Positions 50,237 to 58,732 of a DNA stretch of 64,000 nucleotides are shown in pieces. The notes under the pieces were generated by a model. The model worked only from the letters and a program-made list of their open reading frames with translations, did not search any database and was not told the DNA's origin. The stretch comes from an uncultured Alphaproteobacteria bacterium (GTDB taxonomy: Bacteria > Pseudomonadota > Alphaproteobacteria > CAAHEQ01 > UBA3637), in the NCBI GenBank assembly GCA_947586835.1, contig CANPXT010000002.1, positions 23,009 to 87,008 on the forward strand. The letters are read 5' to 3'. Position numbers and translations under genes: made by a program. Numbering within the stretch: the stretch's first letter is position 1; every line of letters begins with the position of its first letter.

Positions 50237-52045
50237 TTACTTACTTAAATATTGTTTACGCAATCGATACCGTAACACCCGTGCCGGATCTTTTTGTAAA
50301 CGATTCATAATTTGTTGCATCTCCTGATCCGGCTCATCTGACTGATTTTCCGTTTCTTCTCCGACGGCACCGTCAGCATCAGGTTGATCGGAGGATGTTT
50401 CTTCATCAGCTGTTTGAGATTGTCCGGTTGAATGATTTTCATCTGTTTCATTTGATTTTGAATCAGAATTTTGTTCTTGATTTTCAGACTCGTTTAAATC
50501 GGAAGACTCGGCGGTGTTTTGCTGATCGTTTTGCTCTTGATTGACTTGATTTTGTCCTGCCTCATTTTGTTGCGTTTCATTTTGTTGTGAATTTTGTTGA
50601 TTTTGATCGGCAGATTGATTTTGCGTTTCATCAGATGATTGATCCGTACCGTCTGACGAATCTGATTGATTTTTTTGGTGTGACTCGTCTGTCTGATCTG
50701 ATTGATTTTTTTGATCCGATTGATCCGACTGATTTTTATCCTGTGAATCGCTGTTTTGATTGTTTGATTGTGCTTGATTTTGCTTTAATTGTTCTTCCAA
50801 ATATTTTTTATTAAAAGCAGCATCTTGATGATTGGGATTCTCTTTCAGAACCTGCCCGTATAAGTCAATGGCTTCCTGATACGATTTCAAATGCGCCAAC
50901 GCATTGGCTTTATTATAAAGTGCTTCTGCCGAAGGCACCGTTTCATACTGCCGAAGGGCCTGTTCATAATTACCTTGGCGGTACAATTGATTGGCTTCTT
51001 TAAGCGTGCGATAATTTTCCTGATCCGCCCTGAGCCATAAGCCGGCAAAAGCTTCGCCCGATACACCGACACACAAAGCCGTCAACCACAAAAAGAAAAT
51101 ACCCTTTCGAAACAAGAGTGCCATAAACGGTAAAGCCGCACACACCGCATAAACACCTAAATCATGCCAAACATCAGGCTTTAAAAAAGATGATTCGTTT
51201 GATTTGGAAAACAAGTCCGTATTAAGCGGATTTGTCTGATCAATCAATTGTTTAATTTCTTCACCGCTCGGCGTTGTCTGCCGATAAACTCCTAATTTTT
51301 CCAACTGATTTTTATCAGGCGCAGCCAACACAAGTTGCCCGTTCAAATCACGCAAAAAAGCGCCGTCTCGCGTTAAAATGGGGGTTGGCGTTGAGTCTCC
51401 CAATCCCAGAATACCAACAGTATATGGCTGATTTTGAAGCAATTTTTTTGCTTTTGTAATATCCGGCGTGCCACCGGTTAAAATAAGAATCCGTCCGGAT
51501 TTACTTTGGATATTTTGAAACAACTCAACGGCCTTTTCCACACCTTTTTCCAACCGGTATCCCTGATCGGGCATAATATTTTGTTTTAATGAGGGAATTA
51601 AGGCTTTAATCAATTCTTTATCAGACGTTAGCGGTGCTGCGACATAACCTTTGGTATCATACAACACCAAACCCACACTGTTTTCTTTTAACGCCTCTGT
51701 CAATTCATAGAGTTTAATTCGTAACAATGTTGATTTTTCTTGATTAAGCGTATTTAAATCAACAACTAAAACTGTCGGAGACGCATTTTCAATACCAGCG
51801 ACAGGCAATTTTTCAAAAGCAGGACCGGATAAAGCAACAGTCATTAAAATCCACACAAACGGTAAAAGATATTTAAAAGCCCTCGATGATTGAACACCGT
51901 TCGTGCCGACGGATAAATATTTCAAAAACACGGCATCAACATATTTATGCCACGGATTCGAAATTATTTCATAGCGCTTCATCAACCGATACAAAATCGG
52001 CAAAACAAGTATCAGCAAAAAAGCCCACGGACGCAAAAAAATCAT
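50237..52045 (-). CDS. BatB/BatC-like fusion: membrane-anchored VWA-like domain, TPR repeats, long Gln/Asn/Ser/Asp-rich tail
   Basis: N-terminal TMs. VWA-like region with a degenerate MIDAS (VVDLNTL). TPR (YRQGNYEQALRQY, YNKANALAHLKSYQEAIDLY). About 155-aa low-complexity acidic tail. Confidence 0.6.
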   Translation of the reverse strand: MIFLRPWAFLLILVLPILYRLMKRYEIISNPWHKYVDAVFLKYLSVGTNGVQSSRAFKYLLPFVWILMTVALSGPAFEKLPVAGIENASPTVLVVDLNTLNQEKSTLLRIKLYELTEALKENSVGLVLYDTKGYVAAPLTSDKELIKALIPSLKQNIMPDQGYRLEKGVEKAVELFQNIQSKSGRILILTGGTPDITKAKKLLQNQPYTVGILGLGDSTPTPILTRDGAFLRDLNGQLVLAAPDKNQLEKLGVYRQTTPSGEEIKQLIDQTNPLNTDLFSKSNESSFLKPDVWHDLGVYAVCAALPFMALLFRKGIFFLWLTALCVGVSGEAFAGLWLRADQENYRTLKEANQLYRQGNYEQALRQYETVPSAEALYNKANALAHLKSYQEAIDLYGQVLKENPNHQDAAFNKKYLEEQLKQNQAQSNNQNSDSQDKNQSDQSDQKNQSDQTDESHQKNQSDSSDGTDQSSDETQNQSADQNQQNSQQNETQQNEAGQNQVNQEQNDQQNTAESSDLNESENQEQNSDSKSNETDENHSTGQSQTADEETSSDQPDADGAVGEETENQSDEPDQEMQQIMNRLQKDPARVLRYRLRKQYLSK

Positions 52046-53028
52046 ACACCCCTCCTTTGAAGAACAGCCAATGTTAAAAATAAAAAGGCCATTAAAAGCG
52101 GTATATAAAACAATTCCGTTCGCAAACGAAATAATATTCCGTCATTTTGAACAGGCTCTAATTCATTAATAGTTTCGTAAATTTCCTTTAAATCCTGACT
52201 TGTTTTTGCCCGAAAATATTTTCCGCCGGTTTGCTCGGCAATTTCCGTCAATGTCTGTTCATCCAAATCAGCTGCCGGATTTACCAATTGGCGAAATCCC
52301 ATAAACGACTGCATCATTAAGGGCGAAGAACCCACACCGATGGTATAAACTTTTACACCGGCTTTTTGAGCCATTTTAACGGCTTCTTTTACGCTGACAA
52401 CACCCGCATTGACCGTTCCGTCCGATAACAAAATCACAATCCGACTTTCCGCCGGTACTTTACCCGCATTGGCAACACTTAATGCCAATGCATCACCGAT
52501 GGCGGTCATTTCCCCCGCTATGCCGACATCAATTTCACTCAATAATTGTCGCAAAGTTTTCATATCGTATGTTAAGGGCGTGTAGGTATAAGCCTCACTG
52601 CCGAAAATAACCAACGACACCTCATCCCCCTGCCGTTTTTGCAAAAAATCATCAACCAACAGTTTTACCAAACTCAATCGACTGACCGGATTATTCTGAA
52701 TGTCAAAATCTTGCTCCTGCATGGAACCGGAAGCATCCAACGCCAACACGATATTCCGCACGTTTTGCGTAATTGTTTCAGCCTGTCCGTACCAAACCGG
52801 ACGCGCAGCCGATAACAAACAACAAACCCAAAACGCCGTTAAAAGCCATTTTGCCGATGAATGATGCGGCGCTTTTCCGGTAAAAACAAACGGACGAATT
52901 TGTTGAAAAAACGGCACACGCAGCGCTTGGATTCGTGTTTGTTGCGCAGACAAATCAGGCTGAAACAGCCACCGAAAAACAAGCGGTAGCGGAAAAAATA
53001 AAAAAACAACCGGCCATAAAAATTCCAT
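52042..53028 (-). CDS. BatA-like membrane-anchored von Willebrand factor A protein
   Basis: N-terminal TMs, MIDAS LALDASGSM and LLSDGTVNAG, C-terminal TM. Confidence 0.75.
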   Translation of the reverse strand: MEFLWPVVFLFFPLPLVFRWLFQPDLSAQQTRIQALRVPFFQQIRPFVFTGKAPHHSSAKWLLTAFWVCCLLSAARPVWYGQAETITQNVRNIVLALDASGSMQEQDFDIQNNPVSRLSLVKLLVDDFLQKRQGDEVSLVIFGSEAYTYTPLTYDMKTLRQLLSEIDVGIAGEMTAIGDALALSVANAGKVPAESRIVILLSDGTVNAGVVSVKEAVKMAQKAGVKVYTIGVGSSPLMMQSFMGFRQLVNPAADLDEQTLTEIAEQTGGKYFRAKTSQDLKEIYETINELEPVQNDGILFRLRTELFYIPLLMAFLFLTLAVLQRRGV

Positions 53029-53109
53029 ACCTTAAATATAAATATTCTTTACAAAAAAATCAACTTTATTTTTAAGAAACGCTCATTTGATTCAAAGCCC
53101 AGAAATCAA

Positions 53110-54165
53110 TTACATTTTTCCTTTAATCGATTTAAGCTGACCGCAAGCAGCCATAATATCTTCTCCGCGCGAACGGCGAATCGGTGCGGCAAAATAATTG
53201 CTTTCCAAAATTTTGGCAAACCGATGAATTGCATTATTGCTTGACGGTTCAAAAGGAGCTCCTTCCCAATAATGGAAAGGAATTAAATTAAACTTTACTT
53301 CCAACCCGTCAACAAGTTTCATCAATTCTTCGGCATGTTTAGGCTGATCGTTTATATCTTTCAACAAAACATATTCCATTGTAATAAACTGCCGTCGTTC
53401 ACACCGTTTTTGATATTCTTTACATGCCTCAATCAATACTTCCAACGGATATTTTCGATTAACAGGCATAATCTGACTGCGAATTTCATTATTCGGTGCA
53501 TGCAAACTGACGGCTAACTTAACGCCTAAATCCGCCAATTGCGGGATATAAGGCGCAATACCCGAAGTGGAAACGGTAACACGCCGTTTTGAAACGGACA
53601 GACCGTCGCCGTTCGTGGCAATTAACAAAGCTGTCTTTAAATTTTCAAAATTGCAAAGCGGTTCACCCATTCCCATCACAACAATATTCGATAAACAACG
53701 TGTTTCATCGGTCGGTGTGGGCCATTCGCCGTAACTGTCACGCGCCGACATAAATTGTCCGACAATTTCGCCTGCTGTTAAATTGCGCATCATTTTTTGC
53801 GTGCCCGTATGGCAAAAACGACACCCTTGCGCACAGCCGACCTGTGTTGAAATACACACGGCACCGCGATCCGATTCGGGAATATAAACACATTCCACTT
53901 GTCTTTCATCGGTAAATTCCATCAGCCACTTTCGCGTACCGTCTACCGAATTTTGCTCAGTCACAATTTTCGGATGCGTTACCGTATACAATTCATTCAA
54001 CCGACTTTGAAAAGACTTGGCAAGCGTGGTCATTTTAAAAAAATCCGTTTCACCCTTATGATAAATCCAATGCCACAGCTGTTTAGCGCGAAACGGTTGC
54101 TCCCCCAACGCGACAAGTTCTTTTTTTAAATCGTCAAACCCTAAACCGATTAATTCTTTTTTCAT
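53110..54165 (-). CDS. rlmN: 23S rRNA/tRNA adenine-C2 methyltransferase RlmN (radical SAM)
   Basis: FRAKQLWHWIY, CAQGCRFCHTG (CxxxCxxC) and MGMGEPL motifs. ATG at 54165 with AAGGGA RBS. Confidence 0.9.
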   Translation of the reverse strand: MKKELIGLGFDDLKKELVALGEQPFRAKQLWHWIYHKGETDFFKMTTLAKSFQSRLNELYTVTHPKIVTEQNSVDGTRKWLMEFTDERQVECVYIPESDRGAVCISTQVGCAQGCRFCHTGTQKMMRNLTAGEIVGQFMSARDSYGEWPTPTDETRCLSNIVVMGMGEPLCNFENLKTALLIATNGDGLSVSKRRVTVSTSGIAPYIPQLADLGVKLAVSLHAPNNEIRSQIMPVNRKYPLEVLIEACKEYQKRCERRQFITMEYVLLKDINDQPKHAEELMKLVDGLEVKFNLIPFHYWEGAPFEPSSNNAIHRFAKILESNYFAAPIRRSRGEDIMAACGQLKSIKGKM

Positions 54166-54173
54166 TTTTTCCC

Positions 54174-54665
54174 TTACGGACATTCTTTGGTAATGGCATC
54201 AAGCGCCTTGGTAAAGCCTTTTAAAGAATAGTTATCTTTTAAAACGGTACCGCGCGCCGATTTACCGGTAACCCGAACAATGTTCCCTTCAATCATTTTT
54301 GTAATTAAATTTTTTTCATCCGTTGTCGATTTTACCCATGCTTTATCTCCCGAAGGAACCAGCGCAACAACTTTTTGATTGTCAACCCCGATTGTCGGTT
54401 GACTTTTTTTATGATACGGCGCCCCCAAATAAACAACGATTTCATTATATTTTTTTTCTTTGGCATGACGCGCAATCATTAAATATGTATCTTCTCTTTT
54501 TTGATTGCTTCTTAAAGGAGTTGCCGCCATAAAACAAGTTATCTGTCCGTTTTGCACGCCTTTATATGCCCGCCATGCGGAAAAATGTCCGATTGGCGTT
54601 ACCTCTTCTTCCGCAAAAGCAGAAAAACTGATGAATAACATAAAAACCCACAAAAATCTTTTCAT
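54174..54665 (-). CDS. invasion-associated locus B (IalB)-like periplasmic protein
   Basis: Signal peptide MKRFLWVFMLFISFSAFA and about 160 aa. W.AY......C.....P pattern recalled for the IalB family. Confidence 0.6.
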   Translation of the reverse strand: MKRFLWVFMLFISFSAFAEEEVTPIGHFSAWRAYKGVQNGQITCFMAATPLRSNQKREDTYLMIARHAKEKKYNEIVVYLGAPYHKKSQPTIGVDNQKVVALVPSGDKAWVKSTTDEKNLITKMIEGNIVRVTGKSARGTVLKDNYSLKGFTKALDAITKECP

Positions 54666-54825
54666 ATTAAAAATTCCTTTTTCCCAGAGTACACAATTCT
54701 TTTTCAATTGGCAAGCAGAAAATTAAAAACAAAAGTCAAAAAACAAAAAACGTTCGACCAAAAAAAATGCAAAAAGGCTAAAAAAAACTTGCGTTTTTAC
54801 GCGCTTTGCTTTATAAATAAGCCTT

Positions 54826-57048
54826 ATGAGTATGGAGAACACCGAAAATATTCGCGAAACAAAACTGGCAGATGCGCTGTCGGAGCGTTACTTGGCTTAT
54901 GCCATGTCAACCATTGTGGCGCGCTCGCTTCCCGATGTGCGTGACGGCTTAAAACCTGTCCATCGCCGGTTGTTATATGCCATGCGTCAACTGAAATTGG
55001 ATCCGGTTTCGGGCTTTAAAAAATGTGCGCGCGTGGTCGGAGACGTCATCGGTAAATATCACCCGCACGGCGATACGTCCGTTTATGAAGCCATGGTGCG
55101 TTTGGCACAAGATTTTGCCGTGCGTTATCCGTTGGTGGATGGGCAAGGCAATTTCGGCAACATTGACGGTGATAAAGCCGCTGCCATGCGCTACACGGAA
55201 GCGCGCTTAACGGCAGTTGCCGTCGCACTGATGGACGGATTGGAAGATAATGCCGTTGACTTTGATAAAACATATGATGGCGAAGAAGAAGAACCTTCGG
55301 TTATGCCGGCCGCTTTTCCGAATTTATTGGCGAACGGTTCTTCGGGTATTGCCGTAGGCATGGCAACAAACATTCCGCCGCATAATGTCGGCGAAGTTTG
55401 CGATGCACTGTTGCATTTATTAAAAAATCCCGAAGCCTCTACGGCTGATTTAATTCAATACATTCAAGGACCTGATTTTCCAACCGGCGGTATTTTGGCG
55501 GAAAGTCGTCAAAATATCATTAAAGTTTATCAAGACGGGCGCGGAGCCATGAAAGTTCGCGCCAAATGGGAGAAAGAAGAGTTATCGCACGGGCAATATC
55601 AAATTGTCGTTACCGAAATTCCTTACGGCATTCAAAAATCTGATTTGGTTATGCGCATTGCAAAGTTGTTGTCCGAAAAAAAACTGCCTTTATTGGCTGA
55701 TATTCGTGATGAATCATCTGATGTTGTTCGTTTGGTGTTAGAACCGAAATCACGGACGGTTCTGCCCGAACAACTCATGGAACATTTATTTAAAAACACC
55801 GATTTGCAAATTAACTTCAATCTGAATATGAATGTGCTTGATGCCGATCATACCCCACGCGTCATGAGTTTAAAAGAAGTGTTGGTTGCTTATTTAAAAC
55901 ATCGCGATATTGTATTGGTACGTCGCTCGCAATATCGACTGGATAAAATTATGCACCGAATGGAGCTGTTGCAAGGCTTTTTAATCACTTATTTAAATCT
56001 GGATCGCGTGATTGAAATTATTCGGAACGAAGATGAACCCAAACCTCTGTTAATGAAAGAGTTTTCTTTAAGCGATATTCAGGCGGAAGCCATTTTGAAT
56101 ATGCGATTAAGAAGTTTGAGAAAACTGGAAGAAGCACAACTGAAAAACGAATATGAAACACTTTCAAATGAAAAGCAGGAATTAGAAAAGCTTTTAAATG
56201 ATACGGCGTTACGGATTAAAAAGCTGGCGGAAGAAATTAAAGTTATTCAAAAAGCATTCGGGCAAAAAACGGCACTCGGGGCACGGCGAACACAAGTGAC
56301 CGATGCGCCCGAAGAAGTGAAAATTTCCATTGAAGCCATGATTGAGCGTGAACCGATAACGGTTGTGTTATCAAAACAAGGCTGGATTCGTGCCGTGAAA
56401 GGGCACATTGAAATTTCTTCCGATTTAAAATTTAAAGAAGGTGATTCACTTAAAGCCGTGTTAAAAACATACACCACCGATAATATTTTAATTTTCACCA
56501 CAAACGGACGGTTTTACACGCTTTTAGGTAACAACATTGCGGGCGGTCGCGGGTTTGGTGAGCCGTTACGTCTGTCGGTCGATATTGCACAGGAAGCCGA
56601 TATTGTCGCACTTTTGCCATATGAAGCCGATCAAAAACTTTTGGTTGCCTCGCAAAACGGCAAAGGCTTTATTGTTGCCGCGTCCGATGTGATTGCGCAA
56701 ACACGCGCCGGTAAAATTATTCTTAATTTATCTGATAACGATAAAGCCATTCTTTGCAAACCCGTTACGGGTGATCATATTGCCGTTATCGGCACCAATC
56801 GCAAAATGATAGTGTTTAAAACGGAAGAAATTCCCGTTATGACACGTTCCAACGGCGTCATTCTTCAACGCTATCAGGAAGCCAAGCTTTCCGATGTTAA
56901 ATTCTTTAATTTGGTCGATGGTTTATCTTTCCCCTCGGGCAATGGCACACGCATTGAACGGAACATTGAATTTTGGCTGGCCAAACGGGCAACGGTGGGT
57001 AAAATTCCGCCGGTCGGATTTCCGCGCAGTAACAAATTCGGCAATTAA
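54826..57048 (+). CDS. parC: DNA topoisomerase IV subunit A
   Basis: [24 protein letters not shown], the active-site [10 protein letters not shown] tyrosine region and 740 aa. No GyrA-box seen. Confidence 0.9.
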   Translation: MSMENTENIRETKLADALSERYLAYAMSTIVARSLPDVRDGLKPVHRRLLYAMRQLKLDPVSGFKKCARVVGDVIGKYHPHGDTSVYEAMVRLAQDFAVRYPLVDGQGNFGNIDGDKAAAMRYTEARLTAVAVALMDGLEDNAVDFDKTYDGEEEEPSVMPAAFPNLLANGSSGIAVGMATNIPPHNVGEVCDALLHLLKNPEASTADLIQYIQGPDFPTGGILAESRQNIIKVYQDGRGAMKVRAKWEKEELSHGQYQIVVTEIPYGIQKSDLVMRIAKLLSEKKLPLLADIRDESSDVVRLVLEPKSRTVLPEQLMEHLFKNTDLQINFNLNMNVLDADHTPRVMSLKEVLVAYLKHRDIVLVRRSQYRLDKIMHRMELLQGFLITYLNLDRVIEIIRNEDEPKPLLMKEFSLSDIQAEAILNMRLRSLRKLEEAQLKNEYETLSNEKQELEKLLNDTALRIKKLAEEIKVIQKAFGQKTALGARRTQVTDAPEEVKISIEAMIEREPITVVLSKQGWIRAVKGHIEISSDLKFKEGDSLKAVLKTYTTDNILIFTTNGRFYTLLGNNIAGGRGFGEPLRLSVDIAQEADIVALLPYEADQKLLVASQNGKGFIVAASDVIAQTRAGKIILNLSDNDKAILCKPVTGDHIAVIGTNRKMIVFKTEEIPVMTRSNGVILQRYQEAKLSDVKFFNLVDGLSFPSGNGTRIERNIEFWLAKRATVGKIPPVGFPRSNKFGN

Positions 57049-57059
57049 AAATTGTTTAA
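57009..57059 (+). repeat. left arm of perfect 51-bp inverted repeat (last 13 codons, stop and 11 nt of parC)
   Basis: GCCGGTCGGATTTCCGCGCAGTAACAAATTCGGCAATTAAAAATTGTTTAA. The exact reverse complement is at 58733-58783 (checked base by base). Confidence 0.95.
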
Positions 57060-57189
57060 CGTAAAAAAGCCTGATAATGCTAAAATAAACATTTTTCAGC
57101 TTGATTCCGGTTGAAAAAGTGCGCAAGACTGTAATATGTGTTTTGAAGTGTGAAAATCTCTTTGTTTTTTTGGTGGAAGTTGCCCAAAA

Positions 57190-57346
57190 TAAACGTACGT
57201 TTTTTGCAACACTTTTTTTCATTTTTCATCAAAAAAATTTATTTTTCTTGTTTTTTATTCATTTTCAATCGGTTATTTTTTTCTTTTTTTCAAAATGTTT
57301 GTTTTTTCAAGCGTGCAAAAAAGTGCACCAACTAGACCTACGTTTA
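57190..57346 (+). repeat. copy B of 157-bp IR-bounded AT-rich element
   Basis: Same termini as copy A. The right end is 47 nt upstream of the pilin-EGF ATG (57394). Confidence 0.9.
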
Positions 57347-57393
57347 ATTTATACAATTTAGGAAAAAGTAAACGGGAGAAAGGATTCACGAAA

Positions 57394-58626
57394 ATGCAAG
57401 AAAATAAACAATTAAAACAACAACAAAATCAGGCACAAGACGGGCGCAGCATGGTTGAAATGCTGGGTGTTTTGGCTATTATCGGTGTGATTTCACTGGG
57501 GGGAATCGCAGGCTATAAAATGGCAATGGATCGGTATCAGGCGAATCAAATTGCGAATGAAATCAACTTAATGCGCAATGATATGAAGATGAAAGTAGCG
57601 CAAGGGGCTGATTTACTTTTAGGTGAGCCGTATGATTATAATGAGGAAGAAGACAAACTCGGGCATTTAAATTTTAATGAAAAATATGAAGTTGATTTCG
57701 GGTTTAATCATGACACGGAAGATCCGGAAGAAGAGGAAGAGACGGAAGAAGGATATTTCATCAGTGTATCAGGCATCTCAGAAGGCGCCTGCAAGTCGCT
57801 TGTGACGCTTTTAGATAGTATGGATGATACGGAAGATATAAAAGTAAATAATGTTGATTATTATGATACGGATTGGAACATATGCGCCTCAGAAAACAAA
57901 ATAAAAGTGGCATTTTCAACTCAAGATTTGGGTGTTATGAATGATGAGGAAGATGATTATGAAGATGAAGCGGTGACAACGGTAGCGACGCTTACCACTA
58001 CGACAGCGACGCCCACAACACCAACACCCACAACGCCGACAGCAACAACACCGACAGCAACAACGATAACAACCCCTGCCGTTACAGGAATAAGCAATTA
58101 CTGCAATAATCATGGTTCGGTGTCTTGGGAAGGTCCTAATTTTTTATGTTATTGCTACGATGGTTATGGTGGCACTTATTGTGAAACAGCTAATAAATGC
58201 AACGGACATGGCACGTGGTTTAATAGAAGTGACGGCACAGGTTATTGCTCTTGCTCAGGTAGATATGGTGGCACTTATTGTAACGAATCCAATAAATGCA
58301 ACGGACATGGCACGTGGAAAAATAACAGTGACAGCACAGGTTACTGCTATTGCTCAGATGGCTATGGTGGCACTTATTGTAACGAATCCAATAAATGCAA
58401 CCATGGCTACTGGAAAAATAATAGTGATGGCACAGGTTACTGCTCTTGCTACGGTAGTTATGGCGGCACTTATTGTAACGAATCCAATAAATGCAATGGA
58501 CATGGCACGTGGTATAATCATACCGGTAAAGGTTATTGCTCTTGCGTAGGTGGCTATGGTGGCACTTATTGTGAAGAAACTCTGTTTACAACAACGATTG
58601 AACCACCCACTACTGAAAATCGTTGA
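57394..58626 (+). CDS. pilin-like protein fused to Thr/Pro-rich linker and five EGF-like Cys-rich modules
   Basis: ATG at 57394 after a GGGAGAAAGGA RBS. DG|RSMVEMLGVLAIIGVISLGG prepilin-type N-terminus (Glu +5). TTTTATPTTPTPTTPTATTPTATT linker. Five modules of CNGHG...C.C..GYGGTYC. Confidence 0.75.
   Translation: MQENKQLKQQQNQAQDGRSMVEMLGVLAIIGVISLGGIAGYKMAMDRYQANQIANEINLMRNDMKMKVAQGADLLLGEPYDYNEEEDKLGHLNFNEKYEVDFGFNHDTEDPEEEEETEEGYFISVSGISEGACKSLVTLLDSMDDTEDIKVNNVDYYDTDWNICASENKIKVAFSTQDLGVMNDEEDDYEDEAVTTVATLTTTTATPTTPTPTTPTATTPTATTITTPAVTGISNYCNNHGSVSWEGPNFLCYCYDGYGGTYCETANKCNGHGTWFNRSDGTGYCSCSGRYGGTYCNESNKCNGHGTWKNNSDSTGYCYCSDGYGGTYCNESNKCNHGYWKNNSDGTGYCSCYGSYGGTYCNESNKCNGHGTWYNHTGKGYCSCVGGYGGTYCEETLFTTTIEPPTTENR
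58102..58572 (+). repeat. coding tandem repeats (96-99 bp period) encoding EGF-like modules
   Basis: The 32-mer GGCACTTATTGTAACGAATCCAATAAATGCAA is exact at 58270, 58369 and 58465. Five protein modules. Confidence 0.9.
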
Positions 58627-58732
58627 TTTTAAAGCTGTTTGTTAACAATCGGGCGAGCGGAATTAATCCCCTCGCTCCGGTTCGTTGCTTTAAAAATATC
58701 TCTGAATACGGCTTAAAACAAGCTTTTTTGCT

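Noticed and set aside
57314-57330. Sigma-54-like motif on the minus strand of the element's right end (TGGTGCAC-TTTT-TTGCA).
   Set aside because: The GG to GC spacing is one nucleotide longer than the TGGCAC-N5-TTGC consensus, and the -24 box is TGGTGC rather than TGGCAC. I treat it as coincidental overlap with the inverted repeat, although it would be worth testing if rpoN exists.
57101-57361. ORFs 57101..57361 and 57150..57335 (Phe/Lys-rich peptides).
   Set aside because: They are translations of the AT-rich repeat element and spacer. There is no RBS, and equivalent reading frames are not conserved in the other two copies.
57295-57393. The track's start of the pilin-EGF ORF at 57295 (MFVFSSVQKSAPTRPTFNLYNLGKSKREKGFTK extension).
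   Set aside because: This ATG lies inside repeat copy B, which also occurs at two other loci where no coding sequence continues from it. ATG 57394 has a proper GGGAGAAAGGA RBS and gives a normal prepilin-type leader.
58270-58496. Regularly spaced exact 32-bp repeats that could suggest a CRISPR array.
   Set aside because: The spacers (64-67 bp) are themselves similar to each other. The whole region is one open reading frame encoding Cys-rich protein modules, so this is a coding tandem repeat, not CRISPR.
57916-58549. ORFs 58112..58549 (+, alternative frame) and 57916..58113 (-, Cys/Arg-rich).
   Set aside because: They are frame shadows created by the repetitive Thr/Pro and EGF-like coding sequence. 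They have no independent start signals.
58655-58690. GC-rich hairpin CGGGCGAGCGG...CCCCTCGCTCCGG after the pilin-EGF stop.
   Set aside because: The stem is bulged and has no following T-run. The strong hairpin at 58896-58918 is the more credible terminator, so I did not list this as a feature.
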